A DNA stretch of 64,000 nt from a virus. The DNA lies in the IMG/VR virus record IMGVR_UViG_3300034095_002552, positions 16,077 through 80,076 of that record. One strand, 5' to 3'. A model generated the notes under the pieces. The model was not told where the DNA came from and searched no databases. It was given only the letters and a program-made list of their open reading frames with translations. Shown here piece by piece: positions 9,498-19,428 of the stretch. The translations under genes were made by a program, and so were the position numbers. How positions within the stretch are numbered: position 1 is the stretch's first letter; each line of letters starts with the position of its first letter.

Positions 9498-9685
9498 CTC
9501 TGGGGAAAAATTTACTAGAGGAAATTTTCTTCTTTATGTATCACATGCATATGGACATGCAAAAAACATTATCGATACCGATAAATGTAAGACAATGGCT
9601 TGTTACCAGATACATTGAGCAAAAAGAGAAAGAAAATGAATCTATGGAAGCAGAGAAGCGAAGATCATCATCTAAGAGAAGATAA
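9446..9685 (+). CDS. unannotated gp51-like frame, probably reached by -1 frameshift from the gp26-like gene
   Basis: The -1 frame is open 9446-9685: FFLPPEEEGKEHPSLTLGKNLLEEIFFFMYHMHMDMQKTLSIPINVRQWLVTRYIEQKEKENESMEAEKRRSSSKRR*; it fills the gap up to the ATG at 9689. Confidence 0.75.
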   Translation: MKFFLPPEEEGKEHPSLTLGKNLLEEIFFFMYHMHMDMQKTLSIPINVRQWLVTRYIEQKEKENESMEAEKRRSSSKRR

Positions 9686-9688
9686 AAA

Positions 9689-10432
9689 ATGGCAACAAAA
9701 GAAAGACTTCAAAATCCAAATTGTGGCGATACGATTAAATTAAGATTATTTTCTTACAATAGCAATAATCGAGCGAATTTAACATCAGTCAACAGTATTA
9801 ACATTTATTTATTAGATGCTAGTCAAATAACATCTTCCAATCTCGATGGAAGAATGTTAATTCAAACCATCAATTCAGAAGATGTAATATTAGAATCTAC
9901 TGGTTCGTATCTTGTTGAAGTCAATGCTGCCGAGCCTTTATACACAATTGGTAACTACATTGATGTTTGGTCAGTTACAGTCAAGGACAATGAGTGTGGA
10001 ACTACAGATATAACGAATAAGTTCAACATATATCCAGATCTTTGGTTTACATCCCCAGTTCCTCCAGTTTATGATTTTTCTTTTGGCTTTAGGCCAAACC
10101 GTCTTGTCATGGGATCTAAGCGTTATTTGGTCATACAAATAACGCCTAATGTTCCACGAGGTGCCGATTTATTATCATACTACGAAAATCTCGCCATAGT
10201 CTCAGATTTACGAGTATCCATCGAAAAATCTTGTGGTGATTGTGTCCCTCAAGAAAAAGATTTACGATTGGTAATAGATCGGCAACTTGTGGATTATCGT
10301 GAAAAAATGTATGCATATTATTTTATAGATACAACCCAATATGATGTTGGCATCTACAATATTTGGTTTGAATTGCAATACGCAGAAAACACATTTGTTT
10401 CTGAAAAAAATCAATTACAAATTTTCGAATAA
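9689..10432 (+). CDS. hypothetical protein, probably virion-associated
   Basis: 247-aa beta-rich ORF co-oriented with the hub genes. Confidence 0.6.
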   Translation: MATKERLQNPNCGDTIKLRLFSYNSNNRANLTSVNSINIYLLDASQITSSNLDGRMLIQTINSEDVILESTGSYLVEVNAAEPLYTIGNYIDVWSVTVKDNECGTTDITNKFNIYPDLWFTSPVPPVYDFSFGFRPNRLVMGSKRYLVIQITPNVPRGADLLSYYENLAIVSDLRVSIEKSCGDCVPQEKDLRLVIDRQLVDYREKMYAYYFIDTTQYDVGIYNIWFELQYAENTFVSEKNQLQIFE

Positions 10433-10491
10433 ATCGATTTATAAATTTAAAAAATCATGGTAACATACTCCAAAATCAACTGGAGTATATT

Positions 10492-11532
10492 ATGTCATTT
10501 GATGATAAATGCGATTTCTGGATAAAAACCAATCAAAATGTTTTATTGGTTGGAAAACATGGCGTTGGAAAAACCGCAATAATAAAAAATTCCTTCGAAA
10601 GAAATAACTTAAAGTGGAAATACTTTAGTGCTTCTACCATGGACCCATGGACTGACTTTGTTGGAATTCCCAAAGAAACATCATCAATAATAGATGGAAG
10701 GCAAGTAAGTCACTTGCAATTCATAAGGCCACTAGAATTTGCCACTGGGGAAATTGAAGCTTTATTTTTTGATGAATTTAATAGGAGTCCGAAAAAAGTA
10801 AGAAACGCTGTTATGGAGCTTTTACAATTCAAATCAATAAATGGAGAAAAATTTCCAAATTTAAAAATCATTTGGGCAGCGATAAATCCAGATGATGATG
10901 AAAATGCATATGATGTAGAAAAATTAGATAAGGCACAACTTGATAGATTTGAAGTTCAACGCAATATTGAATATAGGCCAGACGCTGAATTTTTTAGAAA
11001 CAAATTTGGGCAGTCATTAGCCGATAGCTCTATAAGCTGGTGGAATGAGTTAGATGAAGATTGTAAAAATTTAGTTTCTCCAAGAAGACTTGAATACGCT
11101 TTGAATTTCTTTTCTATGAGAGGCGACCTAAGAGATATATTGCCTAAAGAAACAAATGTATCTAAATTGTTGCAATTACTAAAAGAAGGTCCGACTAGTG
11201 ATAAACTTGCAAACTTTTTAAAAGATCAAAATAAGGAAGAAGCAAAATTATGGCTTCAAAATGAAAACAACTATTCGTCTGCCGTAAGATATATTGTTGG
11301 AAGTAAAACTCTTACAGATTGGTTTGTTCCGTTGATGAATAAAGAGAAGATAATTTCTCTTATGAGTCAAAATGAAAAAATAACAAAATATATTTTTAAC
11401 AATATAAATTGTCCAATATTTTCTGAGATATGCAAAGATATTTTAGATGCAAAAGCAGACACGAAAATGATAACAAAAATAAGAAAATATCTTACTCAAA
11501 ATCCAGAAATGTCTAAAATCCTATATAAATGA
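10492..11532 (+). CDS. MoxR-like AAA+ ATPase
   Basis: Walker A GKHGVGKT, Walker B LFFDEFNR, AAINP, LDKAQLDRF. Confidence 0.9.
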   Translation: MSFDDKCDFWIKTNQNVLLVGKHGVGKTAIIKNSFERNNLKWKYFSASTMDPWTDFVGIPKETSSIIDGRQVSHLQFIRPLEFATGEIEALFFDEFNRSPKKVRNAVMELLQFKSINGEKFPNLKIIWAAINPDDDENAYDVEKLDKAQLDRFEVQRNIEYRPDAEFFRNKFGQSLADSSISWWNELDEDCKNLVSPRRLEYALNFFSMRGDLRDILPKETNVSKLLQLLKEGPTSDKLANFLKDQNKEEAKLWLQNENNYSSAVRYIVGSKTLTDWFVPLMNKEKIISLMSQNEKITKYIFNNINCPIFSEICKDILDAKADTKMITKIRKYLTQNPEMSKILYK

Positions 11533-11538
11533 GTTGCG

Positions 11539-12870
11539 ATGAAAGTCGATCATAACGAATGGTTAGAAATAGCAAATAGACTTGAGTGTCATCATGCTAT
11601 ATTCTATAAACTTTGGTCTATAGGAAAACCAGTTCTAAACAATTCAATTGATACTGCTGCTGTATCTTTTGACAAACTTGGTAATTTTATTTTATTTCAG
11701 TTCAACGAAAACTTCTGGTCTAATTTAGACATGGATGGTAAACTATTTGTCATTTGTCATGAAATGCTTCACATAATATTAAATCATGGAAAAAGATCAA
11801 AAAACACATTGTCTGAAAATAAAATAGCTGCGAATATGGCATTGGATATAGTTGTAAATCACAGTTTAATAAATTCATTTGGATTTGACAGAAAAAACAT
11901 AAGTAAATCTTTAAACACTGCGTTTAATGAAATGGGCATTGATGGAACCAAAGAATCCGATTGCTTATGTTGGGTAGATAATATATTTCCAGATAAAAAA
12001 TTAGATGACAATCAATATTTTGAATTTTATTTCAATCAATTTAAAAAACAATATGGTGATGGTTTACCAAACATGGCATTAAAAGCAAACAATGGATGTC
12101 TAGATGATCATAGTAAAATTGAAGAGAATGAATGGAGAGAAGTGTTTGAAAAGCTTTCTTCAGACCTTTCAAATGGAGAAACAGAATCCATAAAAGATTT
12201 TGTAAACAAAAACTTTTTATCGGAAAATCAATCAAAAATATATCAGATGTTTGATAAAGGAAGTTCAAAAAGTGACAATTGGGTTTTCTGGAAAGATACC
12301 AAAATAAAAAAAAGAAAGAAGTGGGAGTCTGTAATAAAAAATTGGGAAATGAAGCTTTTGAATGAAGTTTATTCAGATCACGAACAATGGGCAAGAATAG
12401 CAAGAAGATACCAAGCTATCTCCAGTGATTTCTTTATTCCTAGCGAAATAGAAATGTATCATCATGGTTTAGAAGAAAAAAAAATAGAAGTATTTTTCTT
12501 CTTAGATACTTCTGGTAGTTGTTGGAATCTTAAAGATAGATTCTTTAATGCAGCATCTTCTTTATGTAAGAGAAAGTTTAAAATACGATTATTTTGCTTT
12601 GATACTGTTGTCAAAGAGACAACTCTTGAATCAAAAAAAATATATGGTGGTGGCGGAACAAGTTTCAATATATTAGAAGAATTTGTATACAATCAAATAA
12701 ACGAAAAAAGAATAAATCATCCAACTATATTTGTTTTAACCGATGGATTTGGAGATAATATATTCACAAAAAATCCAAACAAATGGCATTGGTTTTTGAC
12801 AGAAAATGGAACAATAAATTGGATTGATAAAAATTGTAAAAAAATATACAGTTTAAAGGATTACGATTAA
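11539..12870 (+). CDS. HExxH metallopeptidase-like + vWA domain protein (DUF2201-type)
   Basis: CHEMLH, NMALDIVVN, MIDAS motif FLDTSGS, GGGGTSF, VLTDG; adjacent to the MoxR ATPase. Confidence 0.85.
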   Translation: MKVDHNEWLEIANRLECHHAIFYKLWSIGKPVLNNSIDTAAVSFDKLGNFILFQFNENFWSNLDMDGKLFVICHEMLHIILNHGKRSKNTLSENKIAANMALDIVVNHSLINSFGFDRKNISKSLNTAFNEMGIDGTKESDCLCWVDNIFPDKKLDDNQYFEFYFNQFKKQYGDGLPNMALKANNGCLDDHSKIEENEWREVFEKLSSDLSNGETESIKDFVNKNFLSENQSKIYQMFDKGSSKSDNWVFWKDTKIKKRKKWESVIKNWEMKLLNEVYSDHEQWARIARRYQAISSDFFIPSEIEMYHHGLEEKKIEVFFFLDTSGSCWNLKDRFFNAASSLCKRKFKIRLFCFDTVVKETTLESKKIYGGGGTSFNILEEFVYNQINEKRINHPTIFVLTDGFGDNIFTKNPNKWHWFLTENGTINWIDKNCKKIYSLKDYD

Positions 12871-13184
12871 GATTCAAATTGAAAAAATTTGTCTAATCTT
12901 GTTATGTGAAAAATCTCCATGATGTCTGGCTTCACTTTACAAAGAATTAGCTTTGCCTTTTTTTCTTTTATTTTCTTATTTAGAGTTATAAGCTTTCCAA
13001 GCATAGAACTTGAAAAATATTTCACATTTGAAAAATCAATTTTATATTCAGAGTAATTATTGGTTTCGGCTAGATATAAAAGTTCTTCTCCAATTCTAAT
13101 AACAATTGAATCATCGTAAATTTTTTCATCTTTAAATGATATTATCAATTTTTTTTCGTTTATTATTGAATTTAAAAAGCTCAT
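12867..13184 (-). CDS. STAS-domain anti-sigma-factor antagonist
   Basis: IDFSNVKYFSSSMLGKLITLNKKIKE...LILCKVKPDIMEIFHITRLDKFF, SpoIIAA/RsbV-like. Confidence 0.9.
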   Translation of the reverse strand: MSFLNSIINEKKLIISFKDEKIYDDSIVIRIGEELLYLAETNNYSEYKIDFSNVKYFSSSMLGKLITLNKKIKEKKAKLILCKVKPDIMEIFHITRLDKFFQFES

Positions 13185-13191
13185 TTTTCAC

Positions 13192-13734
13192 CTAGATAAA
13201 AAAAGAATCATCAAGCTCCAATAAGTTATCTAGTGCTATGCCAATCCAATCTTGATAGTGTAAAGTATATTTAAAATTAAAATCTATAACATCTGTGGCT
13301 TTTACAAATACAAGCCATGGTTTTCTTGTCCTTTTCCAGCACAACATTGGCTTTCTATTGCATCTTTGTGCGTCTTTTGTAACTTGATCAAGAAATTCAT
13401 CAAGTTCGCTATTGCCACGAATAAAAACGGAATTAAGGTCAATTCCATCATATCCGCCTTTTGATTCTAAACAAAATTTGAAATTTTCTGGTACAATTAG
13501 ATCTCCAGAAAATACATCTCTGGCATGTTTTGGAAGGTGATTTACTTGGCCCCATCTATTTCCAGAACCAATAGATCTTGAGAAATCTTCACAATTAAAT
13601 CTCTTATTTAAGATCTTACTGAGTTCTCTCTCTACCCTACTTCCCTTCGTCTTTCCATTAACTTTTTTTTTAGGTTTATTTTTTTTATTTCCAATAATAT
13701 CATCAACAATAAAATCATCTTCAGAATCAGGCAT
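13192..13734 (-). CDS. Holliday junction resolvase-like PD-(D/E)xK nuclease
   Basis: KGSRVERELSKIL...SG...GDL...LESK. Confidence 0.8.
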   Translation of the reverse strand: MPDSEDDFIVDDIIGNKKNKPKKKVNGKTKGSRVERELSKILNKRFNCEDFSRSIGSGNRWGQVNHLPKHARDVFSGDLIVPENFKFCLESKGGYDGIDLNSVFIRGNSELDEFLDQVTKDAQRCNRKPMLCWKRTRKPWLVFVKATDVIDFNFKYTLHYQDWIGIALDNLLELDDSFFI

Positions 13735-13742
13735 ATTGCTCC

Positions 13743-14885
13743 TTAACTAAGTATATTATCAATCAATTTAATTGATTTGTTTTGCTCCTCTAATAGAGAA
13801 AGAATCTGTTCAGCTTCTGACAATGATAATGTATTATTTCTAATTAAATTTTGAGATGTAACACAAATAGAATTGCAAATATCTTGTATTTTTTTAGTTT
13901 CTTTTTCTATTTTATATAGATAATCTTCCTCGTAAGTATTCACTTCTTCATCTTCGTCTTCATCTTTTATGGTCGTTATGACATTCAATTTAATTTCTTC
14001 ATCATCGACAAATTCAGCAGATTCTTCAATTTTCCAAAGTTTTGGATTTGATTTCGCTATCATATATTTCACAGGAACATTTGCATGTTTATTGTTATTA
14101 TTTGTGTGAAAAAACCACAATTCTTCATGTGGAATTTCACAGATTTTAGCCGATTTTATAATGGTTTTAAAGTTTTTAACCTCTTCCATTGCTTCATGCC
14201 ATATACTTGGTTCAGAAACAAAAAATATCTGTCCTAGTTGAATTCTTAAATCTATAACCCATAAAGGTCTATGTTTGTTTCTAAATAACCACAAACACCT
14301 ATTATTACTTTCATCATATTCACCTATAGAAACAGCCATGTGTCCTGTGTTTATCACTGAAAAAATGTCTTTGATCCCAGCCATTCGATGAGCATATGGC
14401 AAATCACCAACATAGTTTTCTAAGTTATTTTTACTATATCTTGCTTTTGCGTATTCAAAAATTCGTAAAAGAATTTCAGAATCACAATCTGTTTTGACTT
14501 TATATTTTTCTATTAAAGAATTATATTCTAAGTCGTCTATTTTTCCATTATGAACTAATGCAATATTTTTGTTTTTGTTTACAAAAGGATGATTGTTACG
14601 ATTTAAATTTGGATCTCCGTAACCTCTACTGGCACCTCTTGCATGAACTATGGCCAAATTCAAATTATATTTTGAATTATTTTTCCACAATTCACTTCTC
14701 ACTAAATCACTGCTTTTCCCTGGCTGCTTGTGATAAAGAACGCTACCAGAATCTCCAGATTCCGCCATCCAATAACCAGCAGCATCTAGCCCTCTAGACT
14801 CTAATTTTTCAAATAACTTTGAAAGAAAAATAAAAGATGCTTCGACATTTTTTGATTCGCCAATATAACCAGAAATTCCGCACAA
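13743..14885 (-). CDS. class II (Ntn) glutamine amidotransferase domain protein
   Basis: MCGISG start, SRGLDAAG, HARGAS, NNHPF, HNGKI, TDCDSE. Confidence 0.9.
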   Translation of the reverse strand: MCGISGYIGESKNVEASFIFLSKLFEKLESRGLDAAGYWMAESGDSGSVLYHKQPGKSSDLVRSELWKNNSKYNLNLAIVHARGASRGYGDPNLNRNNHPFVNKNKNIALVHNGKIDDLEYNSLIEKYKVKTDCDSEILLRIFEYAKARYSKNNLENYVGDLPYAHRMAGIKDIFSVINTGHMAVSIGEYDESNNRCLWLFRNKHRPLWVIDLRIQLGQIFFVSEPSIWHEAMEEVKNFKTIIKSAKICEIPHEELWFFHTNNNNKHANVPVKYMIAKSNPKLWKIEESAEFVDDEEIKLNVITTIKDEDEDEEVNTYEEDYLYKIEKETKKIQDICNSICVTSQNLIRNNTLSLSEAEQILSLLEEQNKSIKLIDNILS

Positions 14886-14896
14886 ATTAATTACCC

Positions 14897-15415
14897 CTAA
14901 AGATTTGTCAAAGGCCCAGTACTTCCGCCTAATGGTATTTCTGGTTCTGGAGGTGGGCCACCAGGCGAAACTGGATTGGTTAATTTTACAGATTGCGGAA
15001 TTACCGCTTTTATATCTGCTTTTTGCGGAGAATCAATTCCTTTTTCTTCTGGCTGTTTAGATGGTGAAGTTCCAATATCTGTTATTGGAGTTCCTAATCC
15101 CTCTGCAATTTTCTTCAATCCATTTTGAAATACCTTAATTGCTTCTGGTAATGGCATTTTATTAGAACCATCTAATGATTTGCATATTACCAAGACGGCA
15201 TTTCTTATTTGGACTAAATATTGCTTTAGATCCCTTGGCCAGTCTGCTCGTATTATCGCTTGTATTCTTGCAACTATATCTTCTGCAAAGACAGTGAGGC
15301 TTTTTCCCTTTTTGTCAATCTCTTGAGATAAATCTTCTAAAGAATTAAGAATATCACCTATTCTAATTCCTAGATCGGTTTTGTTTTCTGTAAGTAAAAA
15401 TTGTTTGAAATTCAT
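14897..15415 (-). CDS. hypothetical protein, possible capsid-internal protein
   Basis: N-terminus MNFKQFLLTE; Pro-rich C-terminus. Confidence 0.65.
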   Translation of the reverse strand: MNFKQFLLTENKTDLGIRIGDILNSLEDLSQEIDKKGKSLTVFAEDIVARIQAIIRADWPRDLKQYLVQIRNAVLVICKSLDGSNKMPLPEAIKVFQNGLKKIAEGLGTPITDIGTSPSKQPEEKGIDSPQKADIKAVIPQSVKLTNPVSPGGPPPEPEIPLGGSTGPLTNL

Positions 15416-17052
15416 ACCTTATTTATGGCTTCACCAGTTGCTTTTTTATGTATTATTGCAGCAGCAATCAATCCTACGAACAAAGGTGCTGCGGCTGTTA
15501 GTTTGCTTTTAAATTCTGGGTGGGCTTGCGTTCCTACAAAATAAGGATGAATATCCCTATTTAATTCCATAATTTCTACAAGATTAGTTTGAGGGTTTCT
15601 GCCACTCACAATAAAACCTTTAGTTTCAAGCTGAGAAACATATTCCTCATTAACCTCATAGCGATGCCTATGTCTTTCTTGAATTATTTTTTGACCATAT
15701 AATTCATAAACAATTGAATCTTTTTTCAATTCACAATCATATGAACCAAGCCTCATACTTGCAGCTTTTTTAACAATAGCCTCTTGTCCTTGAACGAACT
15801 TAACAACAGGATATTTCGTTTCTTTGTCAAATTCCATACTATTTGCATCATCTAATTTACAAACATTTCTGGAATATTCGATGACGGCACACTGCAATCC
15901 TAAACATATTCCTAAAAATGGAACTTTCTTTTCACGAACATATTGAATGGCTTTTATTTTCCCCTCAATGCCACGATTGTCAAAACCTCCAGGGATAATA
16001 ATACCATCCAACTCATCAAAAATTTTGTGCAAACCTCTATTGTCTTTGTATTTTTCCAATTCTTCGCTTTTATACCATTTAATTAGAACTTTAGAATCAT
16101 TAGCAATTCCAGCATGCAATAACGCTTCTTTTAGAGACATGTACGCTTCATCGCAATTATCGTACTTTCCAAAAATTCCAATAGTCACAGGCTGAAGATT
16201 ATTGTTGATGTATTTTTCAACAACATCTCGATACTTGTGTATTCTGCATGAACTTCTGTTTAAATGTAACAAATCAACAAATAAATCATCTACATGACGA
16301 TCATAAAATGAAAGAGGAACTTGATAAATTGATTCAAAGTCGGGAGCATCAAAAACACATTCTCTAGTGACATTAGAAAGTTGAGAAACTTTTTTCATGA
16401 CTTTGTCTGGTACGGAGCTTTCTGTTCTGCAAAAAAGAACATCTGGCTGAAGTCCGTGTCTTTGCAATTCTTTTACAGCATTTTGCAAAGGCTTAGTCTT
16501 GAATTCTTTGATTGTTTTAACCCAAAGAATTGGAGCGACCATAACAATCAAAACATTAGCACGATGAATTTGTTTGAATAATCGAATAGATTCAAAAAAA
16601 GCAAAGCTTTCTGAATCTCCGACTGTACCACCAACTTCCGCAATAACAATATCGTGACTTTTCCCTAAATCAACTAATCTTTTTTCAATTTTATCGGTTA
16701 GATGGGGGTTAACCTGAATAGTTTCACCAAGATATTTACCATGCTCTTGTTCTTCGATTAATTCTTTTTGAAGAATTCCATGTGTGCAAATATTGTTTTT
16801 ACTAACTGTTATTCCAGCAATTCTTTCGTAATGACCAAGATCCAAATCTGTTTCAGTTCCATCATCACAAAGGAAACACTCGCCATGTTCTCCTGGCCCA
16901 AGAATACCAGCGTTGATATTGTAATATGGGTCAAATTTAACTAGCGTAATATTATGACCACGAAGCCTTAGTAGAAGGCCTATACTAGCAGCAGCCACAC
17001 CTTTTCCTGTTCCAGAAATAACACCACCAACTACAAAAATGTATTTAGCCAT
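15412..17052 (-). CDS. pyrG: CTP synthase
   Basis: KYIFVVGGVISGTGKG, ETDLDLGHYER, EVGGTVGD, KTKPLQ, PGGF, GICLGLQ, ERHRHRYE, QAHPEF. Confidence 0.98.
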   Translation of the reverse strand: MAKYIFVVGGVISGTGKGVAAASIGLLLRLRGHNITLVKFDPYYNINAGILGPGEHGECFLCDDGTETDLDLGHYERIAGITVSKNNICTHGILQKELIEEQEHGKYLGETIQVNPHLTDKIEKRLVDLGKSHDIVIAEVGGTVGDSESFAFFESIRLFKQIHRANVLIVMVAPILWVKTIKEFKTKPLQNAVKELQRHGLQPDVLFCRTESSVPDKVMKKVSQLSNVTRECVFDAPDFESIYQVPLSFYDRHVDDLFVDLLHLNRSSCRIHKYRDVVEKYINNNLQPVTIGIFGKYDNCDEAYMSLKEALLHAGIANDSKVLIKWYKSEELEKYKDNRGLHKIFDELDGIIIPGGFDNRGIEGKIKAIQYVREKKVPFLGICLGLQCAVIEYSRNVCKLDDANSMEFDKETKYPVVKFVQGQEAIVKKAASMRLGSYDCELKKDSIVYELYGQKIIQERHRHRYEVNEEYVSQLETKGFIVSGRNPQTNLVEIMELNRDIHPYFVGTQAHPEFKSKLTAAAPLFVGLIAAAIIHKKATGEAINKV

Positions 17053-17111
17053 TCTAAAGCCTCATTAATTCTATTATTTTCTATTAGAGTAAGCTTAAAA
17101 AAAATGCCAAA

Positions 17112-19355
17112 TTAAAATAATTGACACGCACCTCCAGCACAAGCAACATTTTCCATAAGCTTAGTGTTATCTTCTTCTTCGTACATGGCAGTATAATCTA
17201 CATCCTTGTAAACTCTACTCAAATCTTCCCATAATTTATTGTTGTTTATGTCTTTCAAAAGATAAGTAAGTTCTTTGACATTATTCTGTAAATGTCTTTC
17301 GGCAAATTGTTTGGCTCTTCGAACCCAATCTTTTTGCAAGTTGTAATGAACCCATTCGGACTGCAATTTTTGCATTATTTCATCATTTAATTTTTCTGGT
17401 ACTTTTGGCTCTTGTACCTCAAAAACGCCCAAAGCAGCATCACAAGCTCGCCACAAATTGTTGTGAAATGCATGAAGTGCATCAACAATTAATCCAGAGG
17501 CAAAAATACAACCTTTTCCATATTTATCAACTATTTCATCAACCGTAAGAACTTTAGTGAAAGGAGCTTGTGGATAATCCAAATCTCCAGTAGAACCAAG
17601 CAAAGATATACCAGCAAAACTTTCACGATTTTCATAAATAAAATTTTCTACATCTTTCCATTCACTATCTTTAACATTAATCGTATTGCTAACATTATGA
17701 GACATCCAAGGATGCACACATTTTTCTGGCCTTTTACCAGCTTCAACCCAATTTTCTTGAACCAATTTGACTGTTTCAAGAAGCCGAACGGCAGAAATAT
17801 TATCTTTTGTGATTACATGTTCTGGCATTTCAATTAAAAAACTTATTACTTCATCAGTACCATTTGCACTCCATACTGAATTTTCAATAGCAGTAGGATT
17901 GTGATTTTTAAAATTCTGGATTGGAGTTTCATTAGCATTACTTTGAACTCTACGAATATATCTTCGTGCATGTGCAGGATGAATGCCACTGGATGTTCCA
18001 AGCAAACAACTTGCTGTTCCTTCTGGCTTTACACAGGTAGCTCTTGCTGCGATATTGATTCCAATTTTATTTGCTACCTCTTCATTGGTTTGAAGAACTA
18101 TACCAGCCATTTCACGAAGATTATTTTTATCCAAAGTTACGCTTGGATAATCCATGATTCCAGTTATGCTAACACCAAGAAGTGCTTCTCTTTTTATAAT
18201 AGATTCACTAACCTTTCCAAGATAATCAAAATCGGTATAACCAGCTTGTAAAGTTCCGATGATAGAAGCAACTTTGGCAGCTAAAGCAAAGTTCTCTTTA
18301 GTTTGTAATTTTGCACCATTTATAGTGCAAAGATTACAAGCTTGCCATCCAGAATTGCCTTGCTCATCATAACCGTATAAATTAATTTCAACACAAGGAT
18401 TAAATAAAGATTCAGTACTATGACTCCAAATAATACCAGGCTCACCAAATTGCCTAGTAGATTCAAACAAACGATGATAATCTTCTCTTCCTGTACTGTT
18501 TTTCAACAATAAAGCACTATTGTTAGATCTTGCTCTTTGTGGGTTTTCGTAATACCAATTTCCAATTTTAGCATTAAGCATTAATTCATCATCGACACTA
18601 AACATGGCCAAAGTTGCGCTGCGCCTAACGCCACCGCTAAGTACAGCATCAGAAGCATGCATCACTATGTCATATGCATCAATCGTTCTTAGTTTTTTAT
18701 TACCAGAATCAACAGAATTATTTAGGACTCCACGAATTTTTTCTAATGCTTTTTTAAGTGGCTCATGTCCTGGTGCTTTGCCTACACCATACGACAAAGA
18801 AGATCCTTTTGGTCTAATAGCAGAATAATCAAAAGTTACTTTTTTACCACGAAAATCAGAAAATTCTGAATGTGGAATATAGCTTGCAGTTAATACTCCA
18901 AGGGCATCTGACCATCCTTCTATACTATCATCAATTTTATAAATTTTTTCTTCTGACAAATCAGTTGATTTGGTAATGTAAAACTCTGGTAATTTATCAA
19001 CATGATGTCGTTGAACAGAAAATCCTGTTCCACAACCATTAAGTAAAAGCCAAGTGCATTCCTGAAAAAATCTAGGTCTATCACAGTAAGAACTAATGCA
19101 ATTATAAATTTTTGCATTACGCTTTAAAATTGGATCTCCACCAAACTGTAATGCTCTTTGACTACCAAGTGCTATTTTATCATGAACATGTTCAAATGCC
19201 CAATTAATATCATCTGCTGCCATTGGATATTTTGTAAGATGCATATTCTTGACACGATCAATAGCTTCATGCCAAGTTTCTCTTCTTCCTAATTCTTTGT
19301 TGTAACGAGCATAACGAGAAACAAATGTATAATCCGACAATGCTTTAGTTGACAT
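17112..19355 (-). CDS. nrdJ: class II (adenosylcobalamin) ribonucleoside-triphosphate reductase, monomeric type
   Basis: RETWHE, YNC, GCGTGFSV, VLSGGVRRSA, NPCVEI, CNL, TCVKPEGTAS, C-terminal ACAGGAC. Confidence 0.93.
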   Translation of the reverse strand: MSTKALSDYTFVSRYARYNKELGRRETWHEAIDRVKNMHLTKYPMAADDINWAFEHVHDKIALGSQRALQFGGDPILKRNAKIYNCISSYCDRPRFFQECTWLLLNGCGTGFSVQRHHVDKLPEFYITKSTDLSEEKIYKIDDSIEGWSDALGVLTASYIPHSEFSDFRGKKVTFDYSAIRPKGSSLSYGVGKAPGHEPLKKALEKIRGVLNNSVDSGNKKLRTIDAYDIVMHASDAVLSGGVRRSATLAMFSVDDELMLNAKIGNWYYENPQRARSNNSALLLKNSTGREDYHRLFESTRQFGEPGIIWSHSTESLFNPCVEINLYGYDEQGNSGWQACNLCTINGAKLQTKENFALAAKVASIIGTLQAGYTDFDYLGKVSESIIKREALLGVSITGIMDYPSVTLDKNNLREMAGIVLQTNEEVANKIGINIAARATCVKPEGTASCLLGTSSGIHPAHARRYIRRVQSNANETPIQNFKNHNPTAIENSVWSANGTDEVISFLIEMPEHVITKDNISAVRLLETVKLVQENWVEAGKRPEKCVHPWMSHNVSNTINVKDSEWKDVENFIYENRESFAGISLLGSTGDLDYPQAPFTKVLTVDEIVDKYGKGCIFASGLIVDALHAFHNNLWRACDAALGVFEVQEPKVPEKLNDEIMQKLQSEWVHYNLQKDWVRRAKQFAERHLQNNVKELTYLLKDINNNKLWEDLSRVYKDVDYTAMYEEEDNTKLMENVACAGGACQLF

Positions 19356-19428
19356 TTAACGCCTCTTTAGTTTAATCATGTTGGGAATATATCTAAGATA
19401 CAAACATCATTTTTTTTATATAAAACTT

